From Octopus vulgaris (taxonomy: Eukaryota), in assembly GCA_951406725.2 (NCBI GenBank), contig OX597835.1:10974001-11038000 (forward strand): DNA of 64,000 bases, written 5' to 3'. Numbering within the stretch: the first letter of the stretch is position 1; every line of letters starts with the position of its first letter. Below, in pieces: positions 13,703 to 27,434 of this stretch. The position numbers and the translations under genes were made by a program. The notes under the pieces were generated by a model. It saw nothing but the letters and a program-made list of their open reading frames with translations. It had not been told where the DNA came from and searched no databases.

Positions 13703-14115
13703 TGCTCATTTCAGTCATTTTGACTGTGGCCATGCTGGAGCACCACCTTTTAGTCAAACAAATCGACCCCAGAGCTTATTCTTTGAAAGCCTTGTACTTA
13801 TTCTATCGGTCTCTTTGGCCGAACCGCTAAGTTATGGGGACGCAAAGACACCAGCATCGGTTGTCAAGCGATGTTGGGGGGACAAACACAGGAACACAAA
13901 CACATATATACATATACATATATACATATACATATATACATATACATATATACGACAGGCTTGTTTCAGTTTCCATCTACCAAATCCACTCACAAGGCTT
14001 TGGTTGGCCCGAGGCTATAGCAGAAGACACTTACCCAAGGTGCCACGCATTGGGACTGAACCCGGAACCATGTGGTTGGTAAGCAAGCTACTTACCACAC
14101 GGCCACTCCTATGCC
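13703..14115 (-). mobile_element. SINE family A, full length
   Basis: Collinear with 3986-4407. Confidence 0.9.
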
Positions 14116-14789
14116 TATATATATATATATATATATATTTCTGCAAATGCACAGTTAGTGCTGTATACATATTTATCACATGTATATCTACATCTATTCT
14201 ATCCATATTCACACCCACATTTCATATCTAATTTTACCATGTTGCAAGTATGTTAGGTACATCTGTACATTACATTTTTCATAACTTCCTTGCACACATT
14301 TCATAAATATTACATCTGCACATCACACTTTACCTCTTACAGCACACATTTCACATATCTTGCACCTGTATAATACACTTTACACATCACTTTACACATC
14401 GTTAATCTTTTACTCATTTCGGTCTTGAGACTGCGGCCTAGCTGGAGCACTGCCCTGAAGGGTTTGGTCAAACGAGCTGACCCCGGTATTCATTTATAAA
14501 GCTGGCACTTAGTCTTTTGGTCTCTATTTGGTGAACCACTAAGTTAAGGGGACATAATCCAACTGGCACCAGATATCAAGTTGGTGGTGGGGAACAAACA
14601 TAGATACACACACACACACACACACACATACATTGTTTGATGTAAGAATTTTATAACATTTCGAGAGAACCGCAAGCATGGCTGTGTGGTAAGAAGCTTG
14701 CTTCCCAACCACAAGGTTCTGGGTTCAGTCTAAACCAGGACTGCCATGTTATGTTGGCAAATGATCTTTGCTCTAAATTTTATATATAT

Positions 14790-15082
14790 AAAAGCCGTTC
14801 GATTCACTTCAACATTTAAGTTTAATTTGTCAAAATATTTTCGTCGCTTTAAGACCGCGACCTGTTCACTGACAAAAATCCTTGCTGCATAGATTTTTGT
14901 CAGTGAACAGGTCGCGGTCTTAAAGCGACGAAAATATTTTGACAAATTAAACTTAAATGTTGGAGTGAATCGAACGGCTTTTGTGTGTTTCTTAAATGGC
15001 TTACAAACACCTTCCACGCTGCAATTGTTTTCGTTTCAGCACACGATCTCAGATCAAATCACTTGCTATGCAAGTACATCTC

Positions 15083-15083
<1 letters not shown>
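14790..15083. mobile_element. Penelope-like terminal fragment with fold-back and hammerhead-like motif (G3:C8 variant)
   Basis: 91-bp inverted arms 14790-14880 / 14892-14982, flanked by (TA)n. A second single-arm copy lies at ~41330-41476. Confidence 0.6.
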
Positions 15084-15116
<33 letters not shown>

Positions 15117-15118
<2 letters not shown>

Positions 15119-15313
15119 CTTTATTACCCACAAGGGGCTAAACACAGAGGAGACAAACAAGGACAGACATAGGTATTAAGTCGATTACATCAACCCCAGT
15201 GCGTAACTGGTACTTAATTAATCGACCTCGAAAGGATGGAAGGCAAAGTCGACCTTGACGAAATACCGCTAAGCATTTCGCCCGGCGTGCTAACGTTTCT
15301 GCCAGCTCGCCTT
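15117..15313 (-). mobile_element. SINE family B with an internal deletion
   Basis: Matches 12619-12847 but lacks the gaactcagaac segment. Confidence 0.85.
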
Positions 15314-16158
15314 ATATATATATATATATATATTTAAAAAAGGAGATGTGGAACACGAGTTGTGATATATAAAAAAAAAGGAAATGAAGAAAATGCTGAC
15401 AAAATAATTTAAGTAAAGGAGAGTGTATTTAATTAGGTGAAAGTTCTTTTTACCGGTTGCGCAATATATATATATATATACACACAATATATATATATAT
15501 ATATACACACACAATATATATATATATATACACACACAATGGCCTTCTTTCAGTTGCCACTTACTAAATCCACTCATAAGGGTGTGGTCACTCTTGGGCT
15601 ATAGGGCAAGATATTTTTGCCCCAGGTGGTGTACCATGGGACCGAATACAAGACAAGATCACATGGTCAGGAAGCCAGCTTGTTACCACATGACCACAAC
15701 TGGACACTAGGCACATGTTAAATCTGCACATTACATTTTACATCCCAGACCTTTTGTACACTGTGCGAATGTGCGTGGAATGTAATGTTTGCACATAATC
15801 ACTTTATTAGTAACCACTGTAGTATTAGCTTAGTTGAACAAACCTTACCAACGCCGTACGCAACAACAACAACAATAGTATTAATAACGGTTGTGAAGAG
15901 ATTTCAATGCAAGATCTTTGAACATTATCTTTAATACATTCACTGGACAGTCAATAAGGCCATTCTCTCTTTCTCTCTCTCTCTCTCTGTCTCTCTCTTC
16001 TCTCTTTCCCTCATTTTCTGTCTCCCATAAAATATAAACCTACTTTTCAATTTCAGAAACTGTGTCTTCCATAAAGTAATAAAATGGCTTTATATTTCAG
16101 TCGAAGCAAAACCATTAGGTTACATTCCAGGACACTGTATGCATGTGTGTATGTGTAA

Positions 16159-16210
<52 letters not shown>

Positions 16211-16219
16211 ATGTATATG

Positions 16220-16352
<133 letters not shown>

Positions 16353-17279
16353 TATGTATGTATATATATATGTATGTATATATATATATATGTATGTATA
16401 TATATATGTGTGTATATATATATGTATGTATATATGTATGTGTGTATATATATAAACACACACACACATATATATATATAATCATATACTCATATGTGGA
16501 TGCATGTGTGTGTCTGTATATATATATATATATATATACACATACAAATATATGTGTGGTATATATATATGTGTGTGTGTGTATTTTTGGGGTGTGTGGA
16601 TGGGTTAGTTTTGGGTGGATAGTGAGAGAAATTGGTGATTTTTTTTCCCTTCTGAGTATCTCCTTCCTCCTTGCCGAGCAGCTTTGTCGAGTAATGGGAC
16701 AAACACTTTACTAACTTGAAAAGAAAATATCTCATGATACATCCTTTGTCTCATAACTGATTATGCATTGAACATCACCACCACAGCCACAACCCTCATC
16801 ATCATCATCATCATCATCATCCTCATCGTCATTGCTATCGCTTTGCCCCATCAGATATACTTGCCTGTTTGTCAGGTGTTAATTTTCGAGTTTTTTTTTT
16901 ATTATGTCAAACTGTTTTTCAGTTCTCACCCCACCCGGAGCAAGGACTGGGAGTTGGGTGGGGGTGTATAGGGGAGGTGGGTGGTGCGAACCCCCCACCC
17001 ACCCCGCTGTGACAGGGAGCTTAGAGGAGGTTGCGACCTGCAGTGGCTTTTGTTTCGCAATTAGAGTCTGGCATAAAATGTGACTTCTGTTAATTAGTTG
17101 ACAGTTGTTCACCTATATTAATTATGCTGTGAGTAGTCGACAGGGTAAGGGAGTCACTGTTAAACGTGTAATTTAAATGAATGTGTGTATGCGATATATA
17201 TATATATATATATATGTATATTAGTACTAATATATATGTGTGAGTATTTATATGTGTGTGCATATGTATGTGTATATAC

Positions 17280-17364
<85 letters not shown>

Positions 17365-17427
17365 CATACATACATATATATATATACACATACACACATA
17401 CTTACATACATACATGCTTACATACAT

Positions 17428-17494
<67 letters not shown>

Positions 17495-19314
17495 CATACA
17501 TACACACATACATGCATACATGCATACATACATACATATATATATATTTGTATATACCTTTATAGTAATAAATAATGTCAAAGGGTACCATACATATATA
17601 TAATTTTCGAAATGAAAAAGGTGGCATATTTATTTACTGCTGACAGGGAGCTGCACTTGTGCGGTAGATTTGAAAAATTAGAATGCATAAGCACGGGGCA
17701 TATCCTGGATTGCCTCATGTATAAAATATTTAATCTAATGTGCACCTGCTGAAGAAGGCTTCGCCTAGCAAATTATTTTATTTGCTAAAGAAAATTCTGA
17801 AACCATTGGTCCAGGAGTTAGATGGTAAATGTTTTTTATTTTTCTTTCCCTTCGAAATTTTATCTCTAATAGTGGTTGGAATTTAACTGTCCTCTCTAGC
17901 ATGCAGGTAGTCCTATGATGGCTACCTCTTATGTGTTTAAATGTACACTGTGTGTATATATACATATATATATATATGTATATCATCATTGTCATCATAT
18001 ATATCTACATGTATGTGGATATATATATAATATATATACATATATATATATAAATACATACACATACACACATTGTGTGTGTGGTATTATAATTTTATAT
18101 GTAATGTCATTGGTGGTTGGAATAACTGCTGACAAAGACATTTCTGAAAACAGTTATTCTGCTAATCTTTGGATTCTCAATTCTCTTATGAAGAATTTAA
18201 TCTGCTGTCTTTTGCTGCATTGCAGAAGAAATTTTAGTAATTTTGGAAACAAAAAACTTATATTTATTTTTATTTCTTATAATCCCTAATATCTGATTTT
18301 TCAAATTCTTTTTTGAGATTTAAAACTCCTTGCAATCAGCTGGTCCCTGTATATGCCTTTTTCTATGCCCCAGTAACCCATTTTTAGTTTATGACATTGC
18401 ACAAGTGCCTCACTCTTCCTCCTCATCACCATTACCCTTATCATTTCAATGTCTATGTTTCCGTATTTGCATGGCTCAGAGGCACGTACATTGGGACAAA
18501 GTTTCTACAACCAGAAGCTCTTCTTTCCACCGATCCTTCTTGGCAACAAGTGGTAGGACCTGATGACACTAGCTGAATGAGCTTTTTGTTTATGAAGATC
18601 ATGCGACATGCTAAGACATGTCAAGAAGTCCTGACATGTTTTTGTGGGGGATTGCAAGAAAATTCAATCATCAGGATGTCATTGATTACAAACCAGAAAA
18701 TGAGTGGGAAATATAAGGTCATTACAACCCACATACACTCATACATATTTTGGGCATCTTACGCAATCCATGTACCATTTCCACTCACAAGGTTTTATTC
18801 AATTTAGTCCTAGGTCCCATAAAACATGGTTGAACCCAAAACCATGTAGTTGAGAAGCAGTTTTCTCACCCACACAGTTTGCCTATACCTTTCTAAAAAT
18901 TAAAAATAAAAACAAACTAAAAACAGTTGATTATCTAATCGCTCACAATTTAATTTTCCTCAGTCGTTAATTACTGGTTAATTATTAATATTTTCTTATA
19001 GTACCCAAAAGCCTCCCTAAACACCCCACCCCGCCTCACTCCAGAGCGCTCTCTTCTGAACTTACAGTGCCCCAGAAAAGGGGGCATTACGCCCAGGTTA
19101 AGAACTTTTGTCCCAGGAGATCTCAAGTACAATATGATTCCATTAATTTTGGTTCTGTTGATTCCGTTTCATGACGAGTCTCGTTAACCCAAAACATGTA
19201 CTTGTTATGAAGTAAATCACTCAGCAAACAATTATTAATTGATATTTTTTGAAAAATGTAATAACTTTCAAAACAAATCAAAATAGATGAACATCAATGG
19301 AATTTGTATCTTTG

Positions 19315-19948
19315 TGGTACCAGTGCCGGTGGCACACAAGAAAACCGTCCGAACGTGGCCGTAGCCAGTACCGCATAGACTGGCCTCCGTGCTTTGGGGA
19401 CGTAACAAACACCATCCGATCGTGGCCGTCCGCCAGCCTCATCTGGCACCTGTGTCGGTGGCACATAAAAACACCATCCGAGCGTGGCCGTCTGCCAGCC
19501 TCGTCTGGCACCTGTGTCGGTGGCACATAAAAACACCATCCGAGCGTGGTCGTCTGCCAGCCTTGTCTGGCACCTGTGTCGGTGGCACATAAAAACACCA
19601 TCCGAGCGTGGCCGTCTGCCAGCCTCGTCTGGCACCTGTGTCGGTGGCACATAAAAACACCATCCGAGCGTGGCCGTCTGCCAGCCTCGTCTGGCACCTG
19701 TGTCGGTGGCACATAAAAACACCATCCGAGCGTAGCCGTTCGCCAGCCTCGTCTGGCACCTGTGTCGGTGGCACATAAAATCACCCACTACACTCTCGGA
19801 GTGGTTGGCGTTAGGAAGGGCATCCAGCTGTAGAAACACTGCCAGATCTGACTGGCCTGGTGCAGCCTTCGGGCTCCCCAGACCCCAGTTGAACCGTCCA
19901 ACCCATGCTAGCATGGAAAACAGACGCTAAATGATGATGATGATGATG
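19315..19948 (+). mobile_element. Non-autonomous retroelement family D: tandem 62-bp modules, RTE-type tail (GGTTGGCGTTAGGAAGGGCATCCAGC...CATGCTAGCATGGAAA) and (TGA)n
   Basis: ctggcacc recurs at 19443, 19505, 19567, 19629, 19691 and 19753. The tail is shared with 35100-35262 and 50920-51085. Confidence 0.85.
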
Positions 19949-20060
19949 AAGAAGTCAATGAACTCTAGATTAAACCATAACGTAATTATTACATTCATAA
20001 TTTTCATTTACTAATATGTGTTTATGTATTTATTTAAATACACACAATGTTGATTGCTTA

Positions 20061-20096
<36 letters not shown>

Positions 20097-20654
20097 TGTT
20101 TATTTTTTTCTCCATTCATTCTTACACCTACTTTTCTTTTTTTCCATGCTGTCATGGGTTGGACAAATGTATTTTATTGAGGGATTCCCTTTCAGTCACT
20201 CACCCTAACCTGTTTTTCAAGGTAAAGATTACCCTTTATTCCACCATACATCCTCAGATGTACACTGTGCTGGCGATTGTCATGCTGTAAGGGGCTTAAT
20301 AACAAACTTCATGGTTTGTTGCTCATGTGGAACACGGAGGGGGGGGTGTAAATATTTTCACAAATACATGTAAATACACACGCACACACACACTGACACA
20401 CACAGGCACACTTGTAAGGTGTCATACAGTTTCCATCTCCTAAATTCACTGAAAATGCATTCATCAGCCAAAAGGGAGAGTAGAACATGCTGGCTCTAGG
20501 TGCCTCACATTCAGATTGAACCTGCAACTATGTGGCTGAGAAGCAAACCTCTTACTCCCACAGCCCTACCTGCACATACACATACACACACACACACAGC
20601 AAAAGGGATTAATAAACCCAGACAGATATCAATAAAGCACTTAATGTTAAATAT

Positions 20655-20706
<52 letters not shown>

Positions 20707-20723
20707 GTATATATGTATGTATG

Positions 20724-20755
<32 letters not shown>

Positions 20756-20786
20756 TGTATGTATCTATCTATCTATCTATCTGTTC

Positions 20787-21296
<510 letters not shown>

Positions 21297-21405
21297 GTAT
21301 GTATACCTATATATCTATGTCTATCTGTATATACATACATTATATATATATATATATATATATATAATGTATGTATGTATGTATACATATATGCTTATGT
21401 ACAGA

Positions 21406-23010
21406 TTGGTTTGTCCCATAAATAATGCGGTTTCTTTCAATTGCATGAGCTAAAAGTCAGAGGGGGACGGGATAAACTACCTGCACCAACTTGCTATTAA
21501 AGCAGGTGGTAATTTTACCTTGTACTTATTCCTAGTGCAAATTGTGGAGAGTGCATTTCAATTTTTTTCAAAACTATAATGGACATGACAAAGGGGCACA
21601 TTCAGCATATTTTGCTTAAGGAGTTCAAAAAAAGCAACAGCACAATGGAATGTGGGAGGAATATTAATGGAGTATATGGGGATCGGACTATAAGCATAAG
21701 GATAATGCTCGGTCACATACTGCATGGACGACATTCCAAATGCTGGAGCAGTTTGAATGGGAAATGATGCCCCACCCACCATATTCGCTGGACATTGCCC
21801 CATCTGATTACCATTTATTCCATAGTCTTCAAATTCATTTGGACGGAAAAAAATATGAATTTTGTACATGGGGTCAGAACAGTACTAGAGGAGTATTTTT
21901 CATCCATGTAAGGTATTTTTCATCCAGTGTCAGCGGGGGTTCCAGAAATTTGAACCAGAAACTACAGCCCACAAGATGAGCCAGTCCTGGAAAATTCCAT
22001 CGTGACTGTTGAGGAACTAGCAGGGAAGCTTGGATTTGGTCATTTAACCATTCATTGATACCTGCTTGCCATCAGAAAAGTCAGCAATTTGGATCAGTCG
22101 GTTCCTCACAAACTTTCTGAATCTAATCGCGCACACAAAGTGAATATGTTCTCTTCTTTGCTGTCATGTCTCATGAATGAACCTTTTTTTTGGACCGAGT
22201 AGTGACTGTTGATGAGAAATGGGTTCTCTATAAAAACGTCAGGCGTCGCAGACAGTGCAGAGGGAAAAGAGAAACACCAGCACACCAGGCCAAAGAAGGC
22301 TTTCGCCCATGTAAGGTATTGTTATCTGTTTGGTAGGATATGAAAAGTTTAGTCCAGTTTGAACTTTTAAACCCAAACCAAACAATAACAAAGGAAATCT
22401 ACTGCAAACAGCTAAAGCAGCTTAAGTCAGCACTAGAAGAAAAACGACCATCTTTGGTTTCAAGACGAAAGGTGTTCTGTTAGGATAGTGCTCGGTCACA
22501 TACAGCATGGATGACATTCCAAATGCTGGAGCAGTTTGATACCTTGCTCCAGTGTCTCAGCTCTGGCATAGTCTCTACATAGTCTAATGCCAACCTGCCA
22601 ACCACTTTACAAAGTGTACTGGATGCCTTTTTCTCATAACACAACACCATGGAGATGGAGGATAGGAGAGAGGGTGGTCACTTTAAGGAAGGTATCAAAA
22701 TGTCACTTTCTTCTGATGTATGCCCCACCCACCATATTCACTTGACTTTGCCCCATCTGATTACCATTTATTCCGTAGTCTTCAAATTCATTTGGATGGA
22801 AAAAAATATGAATTCTGTAGATGGGGTCAGAACAGTACTGGTGGAGTATTTTTCATCTTGGACAAGTGAATTTTGGAAGAGGGGCCTTGAGATGGAAAAG
22901 CATTGTAGAAAATGAAGGAGAGTATACTTTAGATTAAATATGAACTTTGTTTATCTTAATTTTGAAAAGGAAAAGAAGTATAAAAAAGCATTATTTATTG
23001 GATGACCCAA
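21406..23010 (+). mobile_element. Decayed mariner (DD34D) transposon, internally rearranged
   Basis: Imperfect TIRs ttggtttgtcccataaataatgc / gcattatttattggatgacccaa+TA. Peptide remnants VPHKLSESN, DRVVTVDEKWVLY, DNARSH and HPPYSLDIAPSDYHLF, with stops and frameshifts. Confidence 0.92.
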
Positions 23011-23061
23011 TATATATTTATGTATATATGTATATATATATATATGTATACACACACATGC

Positions 23062-23098
<37 letters not shown>

Positions 23099-23099
23099 G

Positions 23100-23562
23100 T
23101 TAATTGAAACATGAAAACACACAACAACGCGAGGACGTGGAACAAGTATAGCATTATTGGACGCACAGGAAAGGAAAGAAAGAAGGAGGATTTAACGTTT
23201 CAATCGGAGCTCTTCGTCAGAAACATAGGAAAAGGAAAAATCCAGGGAAGGGAAAACGGAGGAAAAAAATCGCCAACGGTACACACGTGATCACATAGTA
23301 AGATAACAAAAGAAAGAAAAATACCTCAATATTATGTAAATAGAGGAAATTTATCTGTAAAATAATATGTGACAATTATTCGGTAGCCAAGATAAATTTC
23401 TGAGTTTCGGATGTCGAGGTGGAAATCCACATCACCATCTCTTCGGTTATCTGGCCATCGGATAACTGAAGAGATGGTGGCGTGGATTTCCACCTTGGTG
23501 TCCGAAACTCAGGGTTTTATCTTGGCTACCGGATAATTGTCACATACTACTTTTACAGATAT
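23100..23562. mobile_element. Two adjacent Penelope-like terminal fragments with hammerhead-like motifs; the second is a ~100-bp-arm palindrome
   Basis: Minus strand ttt-CTGACGA-agagctccgatt-GAAAC-GTT-aaa at ~23188-23223. Plus strand gataa-CTGAAGA...GAAA-ctcagggtt-ttatc at 23461-23521. Arms ~23352-23451 / 23461-23561. Confidence 0.6.
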
Positions 23563-25778
23563 ATATATATATGTTTGTATGTATATGTATGTATGTTTGT
23601 ATGCATTTATGTATGTATATAAGTAGCAGAATGAATAAGGTTAGGCTAGTCACAGACAGTAATTAGCATGAGAACATCATTGATCTGTGCAGCTCTGACT
23701 GCATGTGCCCCACAACTAAGAGTGACTAAGAAAGGGACCATTTGTATGAGGGTGGCCTTTTGCAGGCTAGCTCGACATAACAAATACCAGTGGGCTCCTT
23801 GTCACAAATAGTCATTGCAACGGTCACATTGTGTAACATGATGGCAGCTGTCATAATGTACTGAGAGAGGCTGTAGTCTTGATACATGCAAGAGAGATGA
23901 TCAACAGTCTTTGAGTTGGATTCCGCAAATGTTGAAACCATTTATGGAACTAATTTCAGGAAACCCACCAATCAGCTGGTTACCTACTGTTCAGGTGGAA
24001 ACCACAAGTAAATACAAGCCTCCATAGGCCTTGATGCTTGTGAGCTCTTAGAATAATGGTTAAGGAACATTTTCTCACACTGACCCTCTGTGTGTGTGAT
24101 CGACGTTTTTATGTCTGCTTTCATGCGTAAGATATTGTGATAGAATCCAACTGATCAAAAAGCCACACCTTGCTCCTGTGTCTCAGCTCTGGCAGTCTCT
24201 ACATCTTCATGCCCTTCCTAATGCCAACCTACCAACCACTTTACAGAGTGTACTGGATACCTTTTTCTCATAACACAACCCCATGGAGATGGAGGATAGG
24301 AGACAGGGTGTTCACTTTAAGGAAGGTATCAAAATATCACTTTCTTCTAATGTAAACAAAAAGCTTTGGGTTTTAGAGAAGGGGTTTAGTTGATTGAATT
24401 GACCCCAGAACTTTATTGGTTCTGTAATTCATTGTCCCCAGAAATATGAAAGACAAAATTGCCCTTGACAAGATCGGAACTTGGAACATAAGTTGTTTGA
24501 AGAAATATTGCAAAGCATTTATCTTACTGCCTTACGAATTCTACTAAACAGCTACTAACCCCAACACAGAGTCACAAAATGGGGAGAAGGGATCAGTTGA
24601 TTAAAACAATCCTAATTTCTGATTGGTACCTTATCCATAAAGCAATATAATTGCTCAGTCAGAAGTATTCATGCATTATCTCATTGCTCAGCGATTTCAG
24701 TGATGTAGTACCTGTTTACTGTTAGAATGACATTGTAGGCTAGGTGTGAGAGGTAAAATCTGGCCAGTTTCAATATAAAACAAGCTGAATGTTTTAACTG
24801 GATACATCTGGTTTAAATACTACAGGTTTAATTTATCAACCCCACAAAAGGAGGAAAAACAATGTTGTTCCTGGGAGGATTTGATGTCAGTAAGTGAAAA
24901 GTTGTCACTAAAGAACACAAAGCAATGTGATTGATGCTGTACCGATTCTGCCAATCCAACATTAATAGAAATAATGACATTATTATTGGTTATTTACATT
25001 GGTTCAACACTGTACACTTATTGTAAGGGTGTGTGTTACAGTAGATTCTATAAAAGGGGGTTATTTGTCTTATCAAGCCCATGGATGGATAAATGGATGG
25101 ATGGATGGGTCGATGGATGGATGGATGGGTTGGTGGATAGAGGAATGGCAGTAGAAGAAGTAAATGTTGGTCTGGTGTGGATTTGAACCCAAACCATTGA
25201 GTGTTGGAAAAGAATGCCTATAGAGTGTTTTAAGCCTGCCCTGTTGCAGGTAGATTACCATTCTGCTGTGATGTGGGATTACCGATGAGCAGATATTAAT
25301 GGAAGTGGATCAGAATACTAAAAGAAAACATGTTGAAAAATAAAATAAAACAGAAAATAACAGTACAAACAAAATTTTGAAAAGGGGGGGGGGTGGAATA
25401 GAAAGAAAAGTGGATTCATCCACGGAATGGAAAACTCCATAGAGAGGAGTGAGAGATAGAGAAACCCATAGACACACACATACATATGTGAGGACACACA
25501 CACACAGATAGAGATAGCGGGACATCCACATGCACAAACACATACATAGTGACGGATAGATAAAATGACATTTACACATACAAACACAAACACAGAGAAA
25601 GATTCGAATCCACATACACACACACACACGTGCGCGACGCGAAAATACTGAAAGACAAAAGGACAATTCGACAGATGATACCCTCACGTACGCAATCCAA
25701 ACGCACACCACAGATTCCATTTAAATAAAAATCCAAAAATTAAAAAATTGCGAAAATTATTCAGATTTTACTACTAAC

Positions 25779-25881
25779 CTGACACTTGAATTATGAATGG
25801 AAGGATGAGGATGACGAAGAGGAGAAAATTGATATGGCTTGTACCCTGGGCCATTTTAGCATGGAGTGGCGCCGGCTTCAT
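25779..25881 (-). CDS. Coding exon 1 (signal peptide) of a secreted/membrane alpha-carbonic-anhydrase-domain protein
   Basis: Minus strand reads ATG AAG CCG...GTG TCA G|gttagt = MKPAPLHAKMAQGTSHINFLLFVILILPFIIQVS plus 1 nt (phase-1 donor). It has a hydrophobic h-region. Splicing to the 2102 exon gives VSA|KYY, a good -3/-1 signal peptidase site. The second ATG (aaaATGg) has the better start context. The link across the 23.7-kb intron is inferred from phase and peptide logic. Confidence 0.75.
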
Positions 25882-26391
25882 CGTAAAAAAAACACAAACA
25901 AACCGCGAGAAGACACACTAAAAAATTTTGGACTTACACTTATTAGAACACTAGTAGTAATAATAGGGACAGTAGTAGTAGTGTTGATAGTAGTAGTAGT
26001 AGTAGTGATGGTGATGGTGGTAGTTGTAGGTGTAGTAGTAGTAGTGATGGTGATGGTGGTAGTTGTAGGTGTAGTAGTAGTAGTGATGGTGATGGTGGTA
26101 GTTGTAGGTGTAGTGGTGGTGGCGGTGACAGTTGCAGTTGTAATAGTAGCGGCGGTGGTAGTGGTGGTGGTGGTGGTGGTGGTGGTGACAGTTGCAGTTG
26201 TATTAGTAGCGGTGGTGGTAGTGGTGGTGGTGGTGGCGGTTTTGTTGCAGTGATAGTGGTAGTAGTAGTAATATTTCACCTGCTGCTTGTAAGGTTGCTG
26301 CTGCTACTAATATCGGTGGGTTATATAATGATAATAATAATAATAATAATGATAATAATAATAATAATGATAATGATAATAATAATGATAA

Positions 26392-26423
<32 letters not shown>

Positions 26424-26429
26424 ATAATA

Positions 26430-26487
<58 letters not shown>

Positions 26488-26868
26488 TAATAATGATGAT
26501 AATGATAATAATAATGGTTGCAATGCACTTCACAAACTGCCGCTTTTGCTACTACTACTATTTCTACTACTGCTACCTGCTTCTTCAAATTTCTATTGCA
26601 AATGTATGTGTGCTTGTATTTGTGCTGGCAGTTGTTTGTGTGTGTGTGTGTGTGTGTGATTGTATATTTGTATGTGTCTGTGTATGTGTGTGTGTCTGTG
26701 TGTGTGTGTGACTGTGTGTGTGTGTGCGTTTGTGTGTGTGAGAGAGACTCTATGTCTGTGTATGAATATGTATAAGGTGAAGATATTATTCTCAGTGTAT
26801 GTGAAAACAGGCAAGTCTTTCTCTGTGTGTGTGTGTGTGTGTTTATGAGATTTTGTGTATGTGTGAAA

Positions 26869-26908
<40 letters not shown>

Positions 26909-26997
26909 ATGAGATTTTGTGTATGTGTGAATATGTGAAAATGTGTGAATCTTTCTAATGTGGCTGTGTGATTTTATGTATGTATGATTATGTGATG

Positions 26998-27046
<49 letters not shown>

Positions 27047-27434
27047 TCAGTGTGTGTTGTTATTGTTGTTGTTGATCAATAAGGTTAGACATCCTGCCAC
27101 TCGTTAATTCTCTGCAAAATTAAAACTGGAATGAAGATCTCGATAAGATCTGGATCAGCACAAAATATTTCCAGCAAAGGGATTTCTTGTTTTTTTTTTC
27201 CAGGGGGGATTCTAAGGAGTTGGGGGTGGGTTTCAAACTCAAGGTGAACAGGTGAAAAAAAAAACAAAACAAATAAAAGAAGTTACTCTCCTAATTTTTT
27301 TTTTTTTTTTTCCATTTCTGTGCTGCTGCTCCCCCTCCTCCACCTCCTCCTCTCCTTTCTACTGTTTGCCTTTTTCTTTCTCTTGCTTCTCTTTCTCCTT
27401 TAGATCTAGACACTTGGTGTTACCAGGCTAGCTC

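Noticed and set aside
19412-19785. CRISPR-like appearance (constant repeats with variable inserts) and resemblance to HDV ribozyme P3/L3 (CCAGCCTC...CTGGC)
   Set aside because: Eukaryotic retroelement context, no cas genes, and the inserts are 6-11-nt hairpin loops that are mostly identical. HDV P1 and P1.1 pairings cannot be formed, and other modules lack the loop sequence.
19278-19914. 168-206 aa repetitive ORFs
   Set aside because: Products of the 62-bp minisatellite read in rotating frames.
25878-26279. Upstream ORF whose stop overlaps the CA start codon (ATGA)
   Set aside because: It starts at GTG and consists of triplet repeats; the overlap is probably chance.
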